This document shows, piece after piece, positions 17,973-29,756 of a DNA stretch of 37,467 nt. Under the pieces are notes generated by a model, which did not search any database, was not told the DNA's origin, and saw only the letters and a list, made by a program, of their open reading frames with translations. The DNA is taken from UHGV virus genome UHGV-0220213, one strand, 5' to 3'. Source of the DNA: a virus. Numbering within the stretch: the stretch's first letter is position 1; each line of letters begins with the position of its first letter. The position numbers and the translations under genes are program-made.

Positions 17973-18886
17973 TTGTCACCCCGGCATCCATTAAAGCCCT
18001 GATGACCTCCTGGCGTAAGGATTTTCAGGGCGGTCTTGAAGACGCCCCGTCGCAGTACAGCAAAATTGCAATGGTGGTGAACTCTTCCACCCGCAGTAAT
18101 ACCTATGGCTGGCTGGGTAAATTCCCGACCCTGAAAGAATGGGTGGGTAAGCGAACCATTCAGCAAATGGAAGCGCATGGCTACTCCATCGCCAATAAAA
18201 CGTTTGAAGGCACAGTGGGTATTTCCCGTGATGACTTCGAGGATGACAATCTGGGTATTTATGCGCCGATTTTTCAGGAGATGGGCCGTTCTGCGGCAGT
18301 TCAGCCGGATGAGCTGATTTTTAAACTTCTGAAAGATGGCTTTACCCAGCCCTGCTATGACGGTCAGAACTTCTTCGACAAGGAGCATCCGGTATATCCG
18401 AATGTGGACGGCACGGGCGACGCAACGAATACCTCCAACATCGTTGAACAGGACAGCTTCAGTGGTCTGCCATTCTATCTGCTGGACTGCTCCCGCGCAG
18501 TCAAACCGCTGATTTTCCAGGAGCGCCGCAAACCCGAACTGGTCGCACGTACCCGTATCGATGACGACCACGTTTTTATGGATAACGAGTTCCTGTTTGG
18601 TGCCAGCGCCCGCCGTGCTGCCGGTTACGGCTTCTGGCAGATGGCTGTCGCGGTAAAAGGCGATCTGACGCTGGATAACCTCTGGAAGGGCTGGCAACTG
18701 ATGCGTGCGTTTGAAGGTGATGGCGGTAAGAAGCTGGGCCTGAAGCCGACACATATCGTTGTACCGGTCGGGCTGGAAAAAGCCGCAGAGCAACTGCTTA
18801 ACCGTGAACTGTTCGCGGATGGCAATACCACCGTCTCCAACGAGATGAAGGGCAAGCTGCAACTGGTTGTCGCTGACTACCTGTAA
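17969..18886 (+). CDS. T: Major head (capsid) protein T (305 aa)
   Basis: 305 aa as Mu T; ATGA overlap with I; followed by a terminator-like hairpin. Confidence 0.88.
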   Translation: MIVTPASIKALMTSWRKDFQGGLEDAPSQYSKIAMVVNSSTRSNTYGWLGKFPTLKEWVGKRTIQQMEAHGYSIANKTFEGTVGISRDDFEDDNLGIYAPIFQEMGRSAAVQPDELIFKLLKDGFTQPCYDGQNFFDKEHPVYPNVDGTGDATNTSNIVEQDSFSGLPFYLLDCSRAVKPLIFQERRKPELVARTRIDDDHVFMDNEFLFGASARRAAGYGFWQMAVAVKGDLTLDNLWKGWQLMRAFEGDGGKKLGLKPTHIVVPVGLEKAAEQLLNRELFADGNTTVSNEMKGKLQLVVADYL

Positions 18887-18895
18887 CCGTCATTA

Positions 18896-18918
18896 AAAGG
18901 CGGTTCAGACCGCCTTTT
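18896..18918 (+). terminator. Intrinsic terminator/attenuator hairpin after the major capsid gene
   Basis: Stem AAAGGCGG / CCGCCTTT with loop TTCAGA, followed by TTTT. Confidence 0.65.
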
Positions 18919-18952
18919 AACCTGATTTAAAGGAAAAGGAGGAGCATGTGTT

Positions 18953-19363
18953 ATGTCAGGCACTTCGCTTAATTCACAATGGCTGGACACTTCTCACATC
19001 ACTTGCACGGCGATTATTAAATGCCTTCGTCCGGTCTACCGCCGCGCCGGAATCGCCTTTACACGTGGCGAAAACACCGTGGAAGTCACCGAAGAACAAC
19101 TGGCGATCATTCGTGCCGACAGCGTGCTGTCTGTGGTATCTGCATCGTCAGCAGAAACGCTCGCTGAGGCTGGGGGGCTGGACGTTCTGGGTGTGGGCGA
19201 TCTGAATACCCGTATCCGTGCGACCGTTGCCGGTCTGGATAAGGCAAACCCGGAGCACTTTACCGCAGGGGGAGAACCCAAAGTGAAAGCCGTCAGTGCG
19301 GCGCTGGGAGAACCGGTGAGCAGTGCGCAAATCAAAGCGGCGCTGGCTGAGGCGGATGCATGA
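18953..19363 (+). CDS. Head-region protein (Mu gp35-like, 136 aa)
   Basis: SD AAGGAGGAG about 10 nt upstream of the ATG at 18953. Confidence 0.6.
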   Translation: MSGTSLNSQWLDTSHITCTAIIKCLRPVYRRAGIAFTRGENTVEVTEEQLAIIRADSVLSVVSASSAETLAEAGGLDVLGVGDLNTRIRATVAGLDKANPEHFTAGGEPKVKAVSAALGEPVSSAQIKAALAEADA

Positions 19364-19785
19364 ATTACGCGACGGTAAATGACCTGTGCGCCCGCTATAC
19401 ACGTACGCGGCTGGATATTCTCACCCGCCCTAAAACAGCGGACGGTCAGCCGGATGATGCCGTGGCAGAACAGGCACTGGCAGATGCTTCGGCCTTTATT
19501 GATGGCTATCTCGCCGCGCGCTTTGTTCTGCCGCTTACCGTCGTCCCCTCACTGCTGAAACGGCAGTGTTGCGTGGTGGCCTGGTTTTATCTGAATGAAT
19601 CACAACCCACAGAGCAGATCACCGCAACTTACAGGGACACGGTGCGCTGGCTGGAACAGGTGCGCGATGGCAAAACAGATCCCGGTGTGGAAAGCAGGAC
19701 GGCAGCCTCGCCGGATGGCGAAAACCTTGTGCAGGTGCAGTCTGACACGCCGGTCTTCTCACGAAAACAGAAGGGGTTTATCTGA
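19360..19785 (+). CDS. J: Head-tail connector/neck protein J (141 aa)
   Basis: ATGA overlaps on both sides; Mu gp36 position and size. Confidence 0.75.
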   Translation: MNYATVNDLCARYTRTRLDILTRPKTADGQPDDAVAEQALADASAFIDGYLAARFVLPLTVVPSLLKRQCCVVAWFYLNESQPTEQITATYRDTVRWLEQVRDGKTDPGVESRTAASPDGENLVQVQSDTPVFSRKQKGFI

Positions 19786-20333
19786 TGCTGGAAGAAACCG
19801 AAGCCGCACTGCTGGCGCGCGTTCGTGAGTTGTTTGGGGCAACCTTGCGGCAGGTGGAACCCCTTACCGGCACATGGACTAACGAGGATGTACACCGTCT
19901 CTTTCTGGCCCCTCCATCGGTATTTCTGGCATGGATGGGCTGTGGTGAGGGGCGTACGCGTCGGGAAGTTGAAAGTCGCTGGGCATTTTTTGTCGTGGCG
20001 GAGTTGCTGAACGGGGAACCGGTAAACCGGCCCGGTATTTATCAGATTGTGGAGCGACTGATTGCCGGTGTTAACGGTCAGACGTTTGGCCCGACCACCG
20101 GGATGAGACTGACGCAGGTCAGAAATCTTTGTGACGACAACCGTATCAATGCCGGTGTGGTGCTTTACGGCGTTCTGTTCAGTGGCACTACCCCGCTGCC
20201 GTCCGTGGTGGACATGGATTCGCTGGATGATTACGAGCGTCACTGGCAGACCTGGAAATTCCCGGACGAAACCCCGGAATTTGCCGCACATATCAATGTG
20301 AATCAGGAAAAGGATCATGATGCTGAAAATTAA
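19785..20333 (+). CDS. K: Tail completion/neck protein K (182 aa)
   Basis: Mu gp37 position and size. Confidence 0.75.
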   Translation: MLEETEAALLARVRELFGATLRQVEPLTGTWTNEDVHRLFLAPPSVFLAWMGCGEGRTRREVESRWAFFVVAELLNGEPVNRPGIYQIVERLIAGVNGQTFGPTTGMRLTQVRNLCDDNRINAGVVLYGVLFSGTTPLPSVVDMDSLDDYERHWQTWKFPDETPEFAAHINVNQEKDHDAEN

Positions 20334-20523
20334 ACCCGCAGCGGGAAAAGCCATCCGTGACCCGCTCACGATGAAATTACTGGCTCCGGAGGGAGAAGAA
20401 AAGCCCCGTAACAGTTTCTGGATACGTCGCCTTGCAGCCGGTGATGTGGTTGAAGTCGGGAGCACCGAAAACACGGCGGATGATACCGACACTGCGCCGA
20501 AAAAACGGAGTAAATCGAAATGA
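20317..20523 (+). CDS. Small late protein (Mu gp38-like, 68 aa)
   Basis: ORF overlapping both neighbours; acidic/basic C-terminus. Confidence 0.5.
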   Translation: MMLKIKPAAGKAIRDPLTMKLLAPEGEEKPRNSFWIRRLAAGDVVEVGSTENTADDTDTAPKKRSKSK

Positions 20524-22007
20524 GCGATATTTCATTTAACGCGATCCCGTCAGATGTTCGCGTTCCTCTGACGTATATCGAATTTGATAACAGTAATGCC
20601 GTCAGCGGAACACCGGCACCCCGTCAGCGCGTGCTGATGTTCGGGCAAAGCGGAAGTAAAGCCAGTGCGGCACCAAATGTGCCTGTCCGTATCCGTTCCG
20701 GCTCACAGGCCAGTGCGGCGTTTGGTCAGGGTTCCATGCTGGCACTGATGGCAGATGCATTCCTGAACGCTAACCGCGTGGCGGAGCTGTGGTGTATTCC
20801 GCAGGGGAACGGCACCGGTAATGCTGCTGTCGGTGAAATTTCACTGTCAGGAACGGCAGGCGAAAACGGCTCGCTTGTGACTTACATTGCCGGTCAGCGA
20901 CTGGCGGTATCTGTCGCAGCAGGTGCAACGGGAGCGGCGCTGGCTGACCTGCTGGTTGCCCGAATCAAAGGCCAGCCTGATTTACCGGTGACGGCAGAAG
21001 TTCGCGCAGACAGCGGGGATGATGACACCCATGCAGATGTGGTTCTGAGTGCAAAATTTACGGGTGCATTATCTGCCGTGGACGTGCGCTGGAACTATTA
21101 CGCGGGTGAAATCACCCCTTACGGGATTATCACGGCATTCAAAGCCGCCTCCGGGAAAAATGGCAACCCGGATATCAGCGCAAGTATCGCGGGAATGGGC
21201 GATCTGCAATACAAATATATTGTGATGCCCTATACCGATGAACCGAACCTGAATCTGTTACGCACTGAATTGCAGGAACGCTGGGGACCGGTCAATCAGG
21301 CTGATGGCTTTGCCGTGACAGTGCTGTCCGGCACGTATGGGGATATTTCCACGTTTGGTGTCAGCCGTAATGACCATCTGATTTCCTGTATGGGGATTGC
21401 CGGTGCACCGGAACCGTCATATCTGTACGCCGCCACACTGTGTGCCGTTGCCAGCCAGGCGCTTTCCATCGACCCGGCGCGTCCACTCCAGACGCTGACG
21501 TTGCCCGGAAGAATGCCGCCTGCGGTGGGGGATCGTTTCACCTGGTCAGAACGTAATGCGCTGCTGTTTGACGGCATCTCCACGTTTAACGTGAATGATG
21601 GTGGTGAAATGCAGATTGAACGCATGATCACGATGTACCGCACAAACAAGTACGGTGACAGCGATCCGTCTTATCTGAACGTGAATACCATCGCCACGCT
21701 GAGTTATCTGCGTTATTCGCTGAGAACCCGCATCACGCAGAAATTCCCGAACTACAAGCTGGCAAGTGATGGCACCCGCTTTGCCACCGGTCAGGCCGTG
21801 GTGACGCCATCCGTGATCAAAACGGAGCTGCTGGCATTGTTTGAAGAATGGGAAAACGCCGGACTGGTCGAGGATTTCGACACGTTCAAAGAGGAGCTGT
21901 ATGTGGCACGTAACAAGGACGACAAAGACCGTCTTGATGTGCTGTGCGGCCCGAATCTGATTAACCAGTTCCGCATTTTCGCGGCACAAGTTCAGTTCAT
22001 TCTGTAA
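20520..22007 (+). CDS. L: Contractile tail sheath protein L (495 aa)
   Basis: 495 aa as Mu L. Confidence 0.9.
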   Translation: MSDISFNAIPSDVRVPLTYIEFDNSNAVSGTPAPRQRVLMFGQSGSKASAAPNVPVRIRSGSQASAAFGQGSMLALMADAFLNANRVAELWCIPQGNGTGNAAVGEISLSGTAGENGSLVTYIAGQRLAVSVAAGATGAALADLLVARIKGQPDLPVTAEVRADSGDDDTHADVVLSAKFTGALSAVDVRWNYYAGEITPYGIITAFKAASGKNGNPDISASIAGMGDLQYKYIVMPYTDEPNLNLLRTELQERWGPVNQADGFAVTVLSGTYGDISTFGVSRNDHLISCMGIAGAPEPSYLYAATLCAVASQALSIDPARPLQTLTLPGRMPPAVGDRFTWSERNALLFDGISTFNVNDGGEMQIERMITMYRTNKYGDSDPSYLNVNTIATLSYLRYSLRTRITQKFPNYKLASDGTRFATGQAVVTPSVIKTELLALFEEWENAGLVEDFDTFKEELYVARNKDDKDRLDVLCGPNLINQFRIFAAQVQFIL

Positions 22008-22016
22008 GGAGCATTT

Positions 22017-22373
22017 ATGGCTGGAAATCAGCGTCAGGGGGTGGCGTTCATCCGTGTCAATGGCATGGAGCTTGAAACGATGGAAGGTGCCTCCTTCACA
22101 CCTTCCGGCATCACCCGTGAAGAAGTGACCGGCTCGCGGGTTTATGGCTGGAAAGGTAAACCACGTGCCGCAAAGCTGGAATGCAAAATTCCGGGCGGTG
22201 GTGATATCGGTCTGGATGAAATCATCGGCTGGGAAAATATCACGGCAGAGTTTCAGGCAGACACCGGTGAAACCTGGATGATGGCGAATGCCTGGCAGGC
22301 AGATGAACCGAAAAACGACGGCGGCGAAATTTCGCTGGTACTGATGGCAAAACAAAGCAAACGCATTGCATAA
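22017..22373 (+). CDS. M: Tail tube protein M (118 aa)
   Basis: 118 aa; directly after the sheath gene. Confidence 0.85.
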   Translation: MAGNQRQGVAFIRVNGMELETMEGASFTPSGITREEVTGSRVYGWKGKPRAAKLECKIPGGGDIGLDEIIGWENITAEFQADTGETWMMANAWQADEPKNDGGEISLVLMAKQSKRIA

Positions 22374-22382
22374 GGGGAAACA

Positions 22383-22817
22383 ATGGACGAAATGAATTTA
22401 GGTCCTGAAGCACAGGAACTGCATGACAGCATTGTGGCAGAAATTCAGTCCGGCGTGCTGAAACTGAAAGACGGCCTGCCGTTCGGCACCGGTGACGAGA
22501 CTGAAATGCAGTATGACGTGACACTGCGTGAACTGACCGCAGGCGATATGATTGATGCACAGGCGGCTGCTGAAAAGCTGGTAATGAGCAAGGAAGGTCC
22601 GGTGCTGGTCAGTTCCCCGTCCCGGATGGGACTGGAAATGCTGCGCCGACAGATTGCCAGCGTGGGCTGCATCAAAGGCCCGTTGTCGATGGCGCTGATT
22701 CGTAAGCTGTCTGTCGATGACTTCCAGCGTCTGTCGCTGGCCACAGAAATGTACGACATGGCTGTGGCGGCATCGCTGACACAAGAACGGGGGCGAGTGG
22801 CTGCGGTGCCGGAATGA
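22383..22817 (+). CDS. Y: Tail assembly chaperone Y (144 aa)
   Basis: Position between the tube and tape-measure genes; acidic protein. Confidence 0.7.
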   Translation: MDEMNLGPEAQELHDSIVAEIQSGVLKLKDGLPFGTGDETEMQYDVTLRELTAGDMIDAQAAAEKLVMSKEGPVLVSSPSRMGLEMLRRQIASVGCIKGPLSMALIRKLSVDDFQRLSLATEMYDMAVAASLTQERGRVAAVPE

Positions 22818-22961
22818 TATTGAGAAAGCGGCGACAGCGATTGGCGTTATTCTGAAAAGTGGCCCGGAATGGGCCTTATCCCTCCCGCTGTCCCGCTTTT
22901 TCCGGCACTGCCAGCAGGCTAAAACCCTCTCTCAATATCACCGTTAAATCAGGAAATCTCT
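22818..22961 (+). promoter_or_regulatory. Intergenic region upstream of the tape-measure gene, candidate late promoter
   Basis: 144 bp gap in an otherwise overlapping gene array; 12-bp inverted repeat ATATTGAGAAAG / CTCTCTCAATAT and a GGCCC...GGGCC dyad. Confidence 0.35.
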
Positions 22962-25034
22962 ATGACCGGGAAACGCTTAAAGGCGTCTGTCATTATTGAT
23001 CTTAATGGCAATCTTTCCCGGCGTTCCCGCCAGTATTCGAACCAGATAAACGCCCTGTCCCGTAGCGGTCAAAGTTCCCTTCGAGCCCTGCGTATGGAGG
23101 TTGTGCGCGTTTCTGGTGCCATTGACAGAATGGGTTCACTGTCAACCCGTACATTCCGAATGCTGTCAGCCGGGGCGCTGGGTATCGCTGGCGTGGGTTA
23201 CACCGCCAATAAACTGTTTATTGGTGCAGCCGCCCAGCGTGAGCAGCAGATCATCGCCATGAACTCGCTGTATCACGGCGATAAGGTCAGAGCGCAGGCC
23301 ATGATGGCCTGGGCGAAGCAGAACGCGAAGGACACCACGTGGGGGCTGAGTGGTGTTCTTGATGAGATCCGTTCGTCGAAAGGCTTCGGCATGACGGATG
23401 AACAGACGAAACAGTTCATCACCATGTTGCAGGATCAGGGGGCCATGCACGGCTGGGATTTACCCACTGCACAGGGTGCCTCACTGCAACTGAAACAGAT
23501 GTTTGCCCGCCAGCAAATCACAGCGGCGGATGCCAACCTGCTGACCGGTTACGGTATCAACGTTTATCAGGCGCTGGCTGATGCAACGGGAACGGACGTT
23601 AAAAAAATCCGTGATCTGGGTACAAAGGGCAAGCTGGGCATGAAATCCATTCTGACGGTATTCAGAACGCTGTCAGAACAGTCAAAAGGTGCACAGGCCA
23701 GTGCGATGAACTCCTGGGACGGGATGTTCGCCCAGATGGAAGCCAACCTGCTTGAATTTCGCATAAAGGTGGCAAACAGCGGCCCCTTTGAAGAAATCAA
23801 GAACGAGATGCGCCGGGTGCTTAACTGGCACGACATGGCGGATAAATCCGGGGAACTTGATGCACTGGCAGAAAACATTGGTCAGAAATTTCTGACCACA
23901 TTCAGAACGGTAAAAATCGCGGCGCAGGAATTATGGCGCTGGCTGAAACCGGGTAAAGATGCGCTGGCATGGGTTGACCAGAATATTGTCAGCCTGAAAA
24001 AACTGGCTGCTGTTCTGGTGTCTGTCTGGCTTGCCAATAAAGCCCTGAGAGCAGGCTGGGCCGTGGCAAAACCCTCATGGCAGGTTGCCAGTTATCCGTT
24101 TAAAACCGGGCGTCGTATGTGGCGCTGGATGCGAAACCGCAAACGTGGGCAGGCAGGTCTGCCGGTCCCGGATGCCATGACGTCTGAGACGCTGTTGCAG
24201 GGTATCGGCATTCAGCGTGTGTTTGTCATCAACTGGCCCCGTGGATTGGGTGGCTACGGGAGTGGCGGCGGTCGTCGCGGACGGAGCGGCGGAAGAATGG
24301 CCCCGCTGTTACCCCGCCAGCCGTTATTGCTGTCCGGGCCACAGCCGCTGGCATTACCTGCACCACGCCCTGTACTGGCATTACCCCCACCCGGCGTACC
24401 GGTAACGGCACGGCCTGCACCATTACCTTTACCCGGTAAATCAGGTCTTCTGAGCAGGCTTGCAGGCAGTGCTGCCGGGCAACTGGTTACAGGAACGGTC
24501 GGAAAGCTGGCTGATGCCGGGCGTGCTGTTGGCGGGTGGTTTTCCGGTATCGGAAACAAACTTGCAGGCAGTGCGATCGGTCGGGTTGTGACAAAAGGTG
24601 CCGGGGCGCTGGGCTGGATGGGGAAAGGTGCCGGTCGTGCGTTGTCACGTCTGGGTGGCCCGGTAATGGGGGCGCTCCAGCTTGCCCCCGTCCTGATGGA
24701 TGAGCAGGCGTCAACCCATGAAAAAGCAGGCGCAATTGGCAGTACAGCCGGTGCATGGCTCGGCGGTGCCGTTGGCAGCCTTGCCGGACCGCTGGGTACG
24801 GTTGCCGGTGCCACGCTGGGCAGTGTCGCCGGGGAGTATCTGGGCGGCTTTGTAACCGACCTGTATCAGAAATGGACGGCCACGGATAAGGAACCGCAGG
24901 AACAAAAAGTGAATGCGGAAGCCTCGCTGCGCGTCGAACTCGGCGAGGGGTTACGTCTGACCAGTTCCCGCGTCACCGAGGATGGTATGGGGCTGAATAT
25001 TTACGCGGGCGATAACTACATTACGGGCTGGTAA
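22962..25034 (+). CDS. Tail tape measure protein (690 aa)
   Basis: Large protein after the chaperone; Gly/Ala-rich low-complexity C-terminal third. Confidence 0.85.
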   Translation: MTGKRLKASVIIDLNGNLSRRSRQYSNQINALSRSGQSSLRALRMEVVRVSGAIDRMGSLSTRTFRMLSAGALGIAGVGYTANKLFIGAAAQREQQIIAMNSLYHGDKVRAQAMMAWAKQNAKDTTWGLSGVLDEIRSSKGFGMTDEQTKQFITMLQDQGAMHGWDLPTAQGASLQLKQMFARQQITAADANLLTGYGINVYQALADATGTDVKKIRDLGTKGKLGMKSILTVFRTLSEQSKGAQASAMNSWDGMFAQMEANLLEFRIKVANSGPFEEIKNEMRRVLNWHDMADKSGELDALAENIGQKFLTTFRTVKIAAQELWRWLKPGKDALAWVDQNIVSLKKLAAVLVSVWLANKALRAGWAVAKPSWQVASYPFKTGRRMWRWMRNRKRGQAGLPVPDAMTSETLLQGIGIQRVFVINWPRGLGGYGSGGGRRGRSGGRMAPLLPRQPLLLSGPQPLALPAPRPVLALPPPGVPVTARPAPLPLPGKSGLLSRLAGSAAGQLVTGTVGKLADAGRAVGGWFSGIGNKLAGSAIGRVVTKGAGALGWMGKGAGRALSRLGGPVMGALQLAPVLMDEQASTHEKAGAIGSTAGAWLGGAVGSLAGPLGTVAGATLGSVAGEYLGGFVTDLYQKWTATDKEPQEQKVNAEASLRVELGEGLRLTSSRVTEDGMGLNIYAGDNYITGW

Positions 25035-25038
25035 AACC

Positions 25039-26526
25039 ATGTTTGAAGATGCTTTAAATGCCGTTAATGCTGTCCGGGATAAAACTGGTGGAGGCAGGAA
25101 AACAACCGGCAAAGGCACGTTCCGTAACGTGCCGTTTCTCGTCATCGAGGAGCAAAAACAGGCTGGCGGACGTCGCCTGGTTAAACGCGAGTACCCGTTA
25201 CGTGATACCGGCGGCGTCAATGACCTGGGGAAAAAGCTTCGCTCCCGTACATTCAGCGCCTGCATTCTGAACAGCAACGCAGAAACAGCCAGAGATGAAG
25301 CGGGTGCGCTGATGGATGCTCTTGATGCTCCGGGTAGCGGTGAGCTGGTACATCCTGATTTCGGCACTGTGGACGTCATGGTGGATTCATGGGAATGCCG
25401 CACTAAAGCGGATGAACTGAATTATTACGCATTCACCGTTACCGTTTATCCGTCGTTGCAGGATACTGCCCCGGACTCAGAGACAGACACCAGTGCAGCC
25501 GTACCGGCACAGGCCGTTGCTGTAACCGGTTCTCTGGGAGATACGCTGTCCTCTGTCTGGCAGACCGTAAAAGATGGCACTGCGGCGGCAACCGCCGTGA
25601 TGGAAGCTGTAACCGGTGTCATCGATGATATCAGTGATGCGGTGGACAATCTGGGGGTTACGCAGACTGTCAGCGGTCTGATGGGATCGCTTTCTGCGAT
25701 GAAAGGCTCTGTGACCAGCCTGATTAACCAGCCTGCCATGCTGGCCTCCTCGCTGATGGGGGCGCTGTCCGGCGTTTCATCGTTATGCGATACCCGGACA
25801 GCATTTTCCACCTGGAACCGTCTGGCGCAGCGATTCGAACGTCGCCATGCCGCCACCACAGGCAGACAGGGGACAATCACAACCTCGTACAACAGTCCGG
25901 TTGCAGAAAAAAATATTGCCACACTGAACTACGTCATGCTGGCAGCGGCGCAGACATACCGGGCGGAGGCAGCAAGCCAGGCACTGACTGCGGCACTGGA
26001 TTTCAGTCGCCGGATGGATAATGCCGCCCGTGCACCTGTACTGGATGCCCCGTCCACCACAACCGGCACAGCCAGCGGGGCCAGCAGCACATCTGCTACC
26101 GTCACACAGGGACAGTTACAGTTAACTGCCATAACCCCGGACGGCGGCTTTTCACAGGTATCCTTTTCAGACAGTGGTACAGCCACGCCCCCGGTATTTG
26201 AAAGTGTGTCCGATATCGGAAAAACAGCCGCCATGCTGGGGGCTGCACTGGATACCGTCATTCTGACGGCATCTGAGCAGGGCTTTTCGACAGACAGCGT
26301 TCAGCTTACGCAACTGCGTCTGCTGGTTGTTGCCGACCTGGAAAAACGCGGGCTGCAACTGGCGGGCAGTGAAACGCACCGCCTGCCGGAGACGATGCCT
26401 GCAATGGTGGCCCTGTACCGTTACACAGGAAACAGCCGGAACTGGCAACGGCTGGCCCGCAGGAACGGTATCAGCAACCCGTTGTTTGTTCCCGGTGGTG
26501 TCAGTATTGAGGTGATTAATGAGTAA
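25039..26526 (+). CDS. N: Protein N, DNA circularisation/tail protein (495 aa)
   Basis: 495 aa as Mu N. Confidence 0.8.
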   Translation: MFEDALNAVNAVRDKTGGGRKTTGKGTFRNVPFLVIEEQKQAGGRRLVKREYPLRDTGGVNDLGKKLRSRTFSACILNSNAETARDEAGALMDALDAPGSGELVHPDFGTVDVMVDSWECRTKADELNYYAFTVTVYPSLQDTAPDSETDTSAAVPAQAVAVTGSLGDTLSSVWQTVKDGTAAATAVMEAVTGVIDDISDAVDNLGVTQTVSGLMGSLSAMKGSVTSLINQPAMLASSLMGALSGVSSLCDTRTAFSTWNRLAQRFERRHAATTGRQGTITTSYNSPVAEKNIATLNYVMLAAAQTYRAEAASQALTAALDFSRRMDNAARAPVLDAPSTTTGTASGASSTSATVTQGQLQLTAITPDGGFSQVSFSDSGTATPPVFESVSDIGKTAAMLGAALDTVILTASEQGFSTDSVQLTQLRLLVVADLEKRGLQLAGSETHRLPETMPAMVALYRYTGNSRNWQRLARRNGISNPLFVPGGVSIEVINE

Positions 26527-27658
26527 TACCGTCACGCTGCGAACGGATGGCAGGCTTTTTACCGGCTGGACGTCAGTCTCTGTCACCCGCTCCATTGAAT
26601 CCGTAGCCGGATATTTTGAGCTGGGGGTGAACGTGCCACCGGGCACGGATTTATCCGGGCTGGCACCGGGGAAGGCGTTCACGCTCGAAATCGGGGGGCA
26701 GATTGTCTGCACCGGTTATATCGATTCACGGCGACGCCAGATGACCGCTGACAGTATGAAAATCACTGTCGCCGGACGTGACAAAACGGCTGACCTGATT
26801 GACTGTGCTGCCGTTTACAGTGGCGGACAGTGGAAAAACCGCACACTGGAGCAGATTGCGCGTGACCTGTGCACCCCTTATGGCGTTACCGTTCGCTGGG
26901 AGCTTTCCGATAAGGAAAGTTCGGCAGCTTTTCCCGGCTTCACGCTGGACCATTCAGAAACCGTTTATGAGGCGCTGGTGCGTGCCTCCCGCGCACGCGG
27001 TGTACTGATGACCAGCAATGCCGCCGGAGAGCTGGTATTCAGCCGGGCTGCCAGCACAGCCACTGATGAGCTGGTTCTCGGAGAAAATCTGCTGACACTG
27101 GATTTTGAGGAAGACTTCCGCGACCGGTTCAGCGAATACACCGTCAAGGGGTATGCCCGCGCAAACGGTGCTGAGGGTGATGATATTGATGCGAAAAGTA
27201 TCGTCTCCCGGAAAGGGACCGCCACTGACAGTGATGTGACCCGTTACAGACCGATGATCATCATTGCCGACAGCAAAATTACGGCGAAGGATGCACAGGC
27301 CCGCGCCCTGCGTGAGCAACGCCGCAGACTGGCAAAATCCATCACCTTTGAGGCTGAAATTGACGGATGGACTCGCAAGGACGGGCAACTCTGGATGCCG
27401 AACCTGCTGGTCACTATTGATGCCTCGAAATATGCCATCAAAACCACGGAATTACTGGCCAGCAAAGTCACCCTGATACTGAATGACCAGGACGGGCTGA
27501 AAACCCGCGTCAGCCTTGCACCACGCGAAGGCTTTCTGGTGCCGGTTGAAAGCGACCGTAAAAACAGGAAAGGCGGCGACAGTAACGGCGGTATTGATGC
27601 GCTGGTTGAAGATTATTATCGCAGACACCCGGAGAAAACGCCGCCGTGGAAAGAGTAA
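26519..27658 (+). CDS. P: Baseplate hub protein P (379 aa)
   Basis: 379 aa; Mu gp44 position. Confidence 0.8.
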   Translation: MSNTVTLRTDGRLFTGWTSVSVTRSIESVAGYFELGVNVPPGTDLSGLAPGKAFTLEIGGQIVCTGYIDSRRRQMTADSMKITVAGRDKTADLIDCAAVYSGGQWKNRTLEQIARDLCTPYGVTVRWELSDKESSAAFPGFTLDHSETVYEALVRASRARGVLMTSNAAGELVFSRAASTATDELVLGENLLTLDFEEDFRDRFSEYTVKGYARANGAEGDDIDAKSIVSRKGTATDSDVTRYRPMIIIADSKITAKDAQARALREQRRRLAKSITFEAEIDGWTRKDGQLWMPNLLVTIDASKYAIKTTELLASKVTLILNDQDGLKTRVSLAPREGFLVPVESDRKNRKGGDSNGGIDALVEDYYRRHPEKTPPWKE

Positions 27659-28239
27659 ATGATTCCGCCCTGAACCGCCTGCTGACGCCGCTGATGCGTC
27701 GTGTGCGCCTGATGCTTGCGCGCGCTGTTGTTAACGTGATTAACGACGGGCGAAAGGTTCAGAACCTGCAGGTCGGTCTGCTGGATGATGAGGAATCCGA
27801 TGAAGTGGAGCGCCTGCAAAATTACGGACATTTCAGCGTTCCCCTGCCGGGCGCAGAGGCGCTGATTGCCTGTGTGGGTGCACAACGTGATCAGGGGATC
27901 GCCGTTGTGGTGGAAGACCGCCGCTACCGCCCGACAAATCTTGAACCGGGTGATGCAGGCATTTACCACCACGAGGGGCATCGTATCAGGCTGACAAAGG
28001 ACGGACGCTGCATCATTACCTGTAAAACGGTTGAGGTTTACGCTGATGAAGGCGCGACCGTTGACACCCCGAAAGCCACGTTTACCGGAGATGTTGAAAT
28101 TCTGAACGGCCTCAGCGTTAAAGGTGAAAGTGACTTTGCAGGCAATATCAGCGCCCCGGATGCCATCATCAATGGCAAATCGACGGATAAGCATATCCAC
28201 CGTGGCGACAGCGGCGGAACCACAGGGCCGATGCAATGA
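27646..28239 (+). CDS. Baseplate spike/puncturing protein (Mu gp45-like, 197 aa)
   Basis: Size and order as Mu gp45. Confidence 0.75.
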   Translation: MERVNDSALNRLLTPLMRRVRLMLARAVVNVINDGRKVQNLQVGLLDDEESDEVERLQNYGHFSVPLPGAEALIACVGAQRDQGIAVVVEDRRYRPTNLEPGDAGIYHHEGHRIRLTKDGRCIITCKTVEVYADEGATVDTPKATFTGDVEILNGLSVKGESDFAGNISAPDAIINGKSTDKHIHRGDSGGTTGPMQ

Positions 28240-28673
28240 CCGATTTAGCCATTATCTGGACGAACGGACGCGGCGATATTGCGCAGGATGGTATTGATAT
28301 GCTGACCGACGACAGCCTGACAACCGATGTGACAATCTCCCTGTTTACCGACCGGCGCGCGCTGGATTCTGACACGCTGCCGGATGGTTCAGATGATCGC
28401 CGTGGATGGTGGGGTGACAGTTACCGCGACCGCCCCATCGGTTCGCGGTTGTGGCTGTTATCACGTGAAAAAGCCACGCCGGATACACTGGAACGCGCCA
28501 GAGGGTATGCCGAAGAGGCGCTGGAATGGCTGAAAACAGCGGGCCGGGTAAGTGCGATTAACGTCAGAGCGGAACAGTTACATCAGGGCTGGTTATACCT
28601 CTACATTGCACTGACATTACCGGATGGTTCCGTTATTCCTTATGAGTTTAAAGCAGCATTTAACGGGGTTTAA
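28236..28673 (+). CDS. Baseplate wedge protein (Mu gp46-like, 145 aa)
   Basis: Size and order as Mu gp46. Confidence 0.75.
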   Translation: MTDLAIIWTNGRGDIAQDGIDMLTDDSLTTDVTISLFTDRRALDSDTLPDGSDDRRGWWGDSYRDRPIGSRLWLLSREKATPDTLERARGYAEEALEWLKTAGRVSAINVRAEQLHQGWLYLYIALTLPDGSVIPYEFKAAFNGV

Positions 28674-29756
28674 ATGGCTTATTCACCACCGACATTATCA
28701 TCGCTGATTGCCCGTACAGAACAGAATATTGAACAGCGCCTGCCGGGTAGCTGGCCTCAGGCCCGTGAAAAAACGCTGAGTGCCATTGCTTATGCTCAGG
28801 CGGGCCTTGCTGCCGGTTGTCACGAGCATATTTCATGGGTTGGACGGCAGATTATCCCGTCGACAGCAGATGAAGATGAGTTGCTGGAGCACTGCCGGTT
28901 CTGGGGCGTGCGCCGCAAACAGGCGACAGCCGCCAGCGGCCCGCTGACTGTCACCACATCGGCAGCGACCACCATTCCTGCCGGTACACGCTGGCAGCGT
29001 GCTGATGGTGTGGTTTACAGCCTGGCTGATGCCATTGTGATTGACCGTGCAGGAACGACGGAAATTACCGTTACCGCACTGGCTGCCGGTGAAGCAGGAA
29101 ATACCGGTGAGAATACCCTTTTAACGTTGATCACCCCGGTTGCCTGTGTTGTTTCCGATGCCATCACTGTAAAAGGGTTTTCCGGTGGGGCTGATATTGA
29201 GAGTGCAGCGGAGCTGCTGTCACGGCTGGAATATCGTGTCCAGTATCCTCCGTTCGGCGGTAATCAGTTTGATTACGTCCGCTGGGCACGTGAAGTCAGC
29301 GGCGTTACCCGTGCCTGGTGTTTTCCGACATGGAAAGGCGGTGGCACAGTCGGGGTGACGTTTGTTATGGATAACCGGAGCAATATTTTTCCACAACCGG
29401 CAGACGTGGAACGCGTGGCAGATTATATCGCCGGTCATACTGACCCGATCACCGGTCTGATTGTCGGACAGCCTGACGGTGTAAATGTCACTGTATTTGC
29501 GCCAAAGGCAAAGCCGGTAAATCCACGGATTTATATATCACCGAAGACAGCCGAACTGAAACAGGCTATTACCCACGCCATTAATACCATGTTTTTTAAT
29601 GAGGTGACGCCGGGCGGCGCACTTGCCCCCTCCCGTATTATCCGTGCGGTGGCAGGTGTTACCGGTCTGGATGATTTTGAAGTGCGTTTCCCGACAGAGA
29701 TCCAGCGTTCGGAGAATACGGAACTGTTAACACCGGGGACAATTGAATGGCTGTAA
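28674..29756 (+). CDS. Baseplate J-like protein (Mu gp47-like, 360 aa)
   Basis: Size and order as Mu gp47. Confidence 0.75.
   Translation: MAYSPPTLSSLIARTEQNIEQRLPGSWPQAREKTLSAIAYAQAGLAAGCHEHISWVGRQIIPSTADEDELLEHCRFWGVRRKQATAASGPLTVTTSAATTIPAGTRWQRADGVVYSLADAIVIDRAGTTEITVTALAAGEAGNTGENTLLTLITPVACVVSDAITVKGFSGGADIESAAELLSRLEYRVQYPPFGGNQFDYVRWAREVSGVTRAWCFPTWKGGGTVGVTFVMDNRSNIFPQPADVERVADYIAGHTDPITGLIVGQPDGVNVTVFAPKAKPVNPRIYISPKTAELKQAITHAINTMFFNEVTPGGALAPSRIIRAVAGVTGLDDFEVRFPTEIQRSENTELLTPGTIEWL

Noticed and set aside
24217-24700. Repetitive Gly/Pro/Ala-rich stretch inside the tape-measure gene that could mimic a tandem repeat or CRISPR-like periodicity
   Set aside because: It is in frame within a continuous 690-aa ORF with no direct repeats and unique spacers; it is low-complexity coding sequence.
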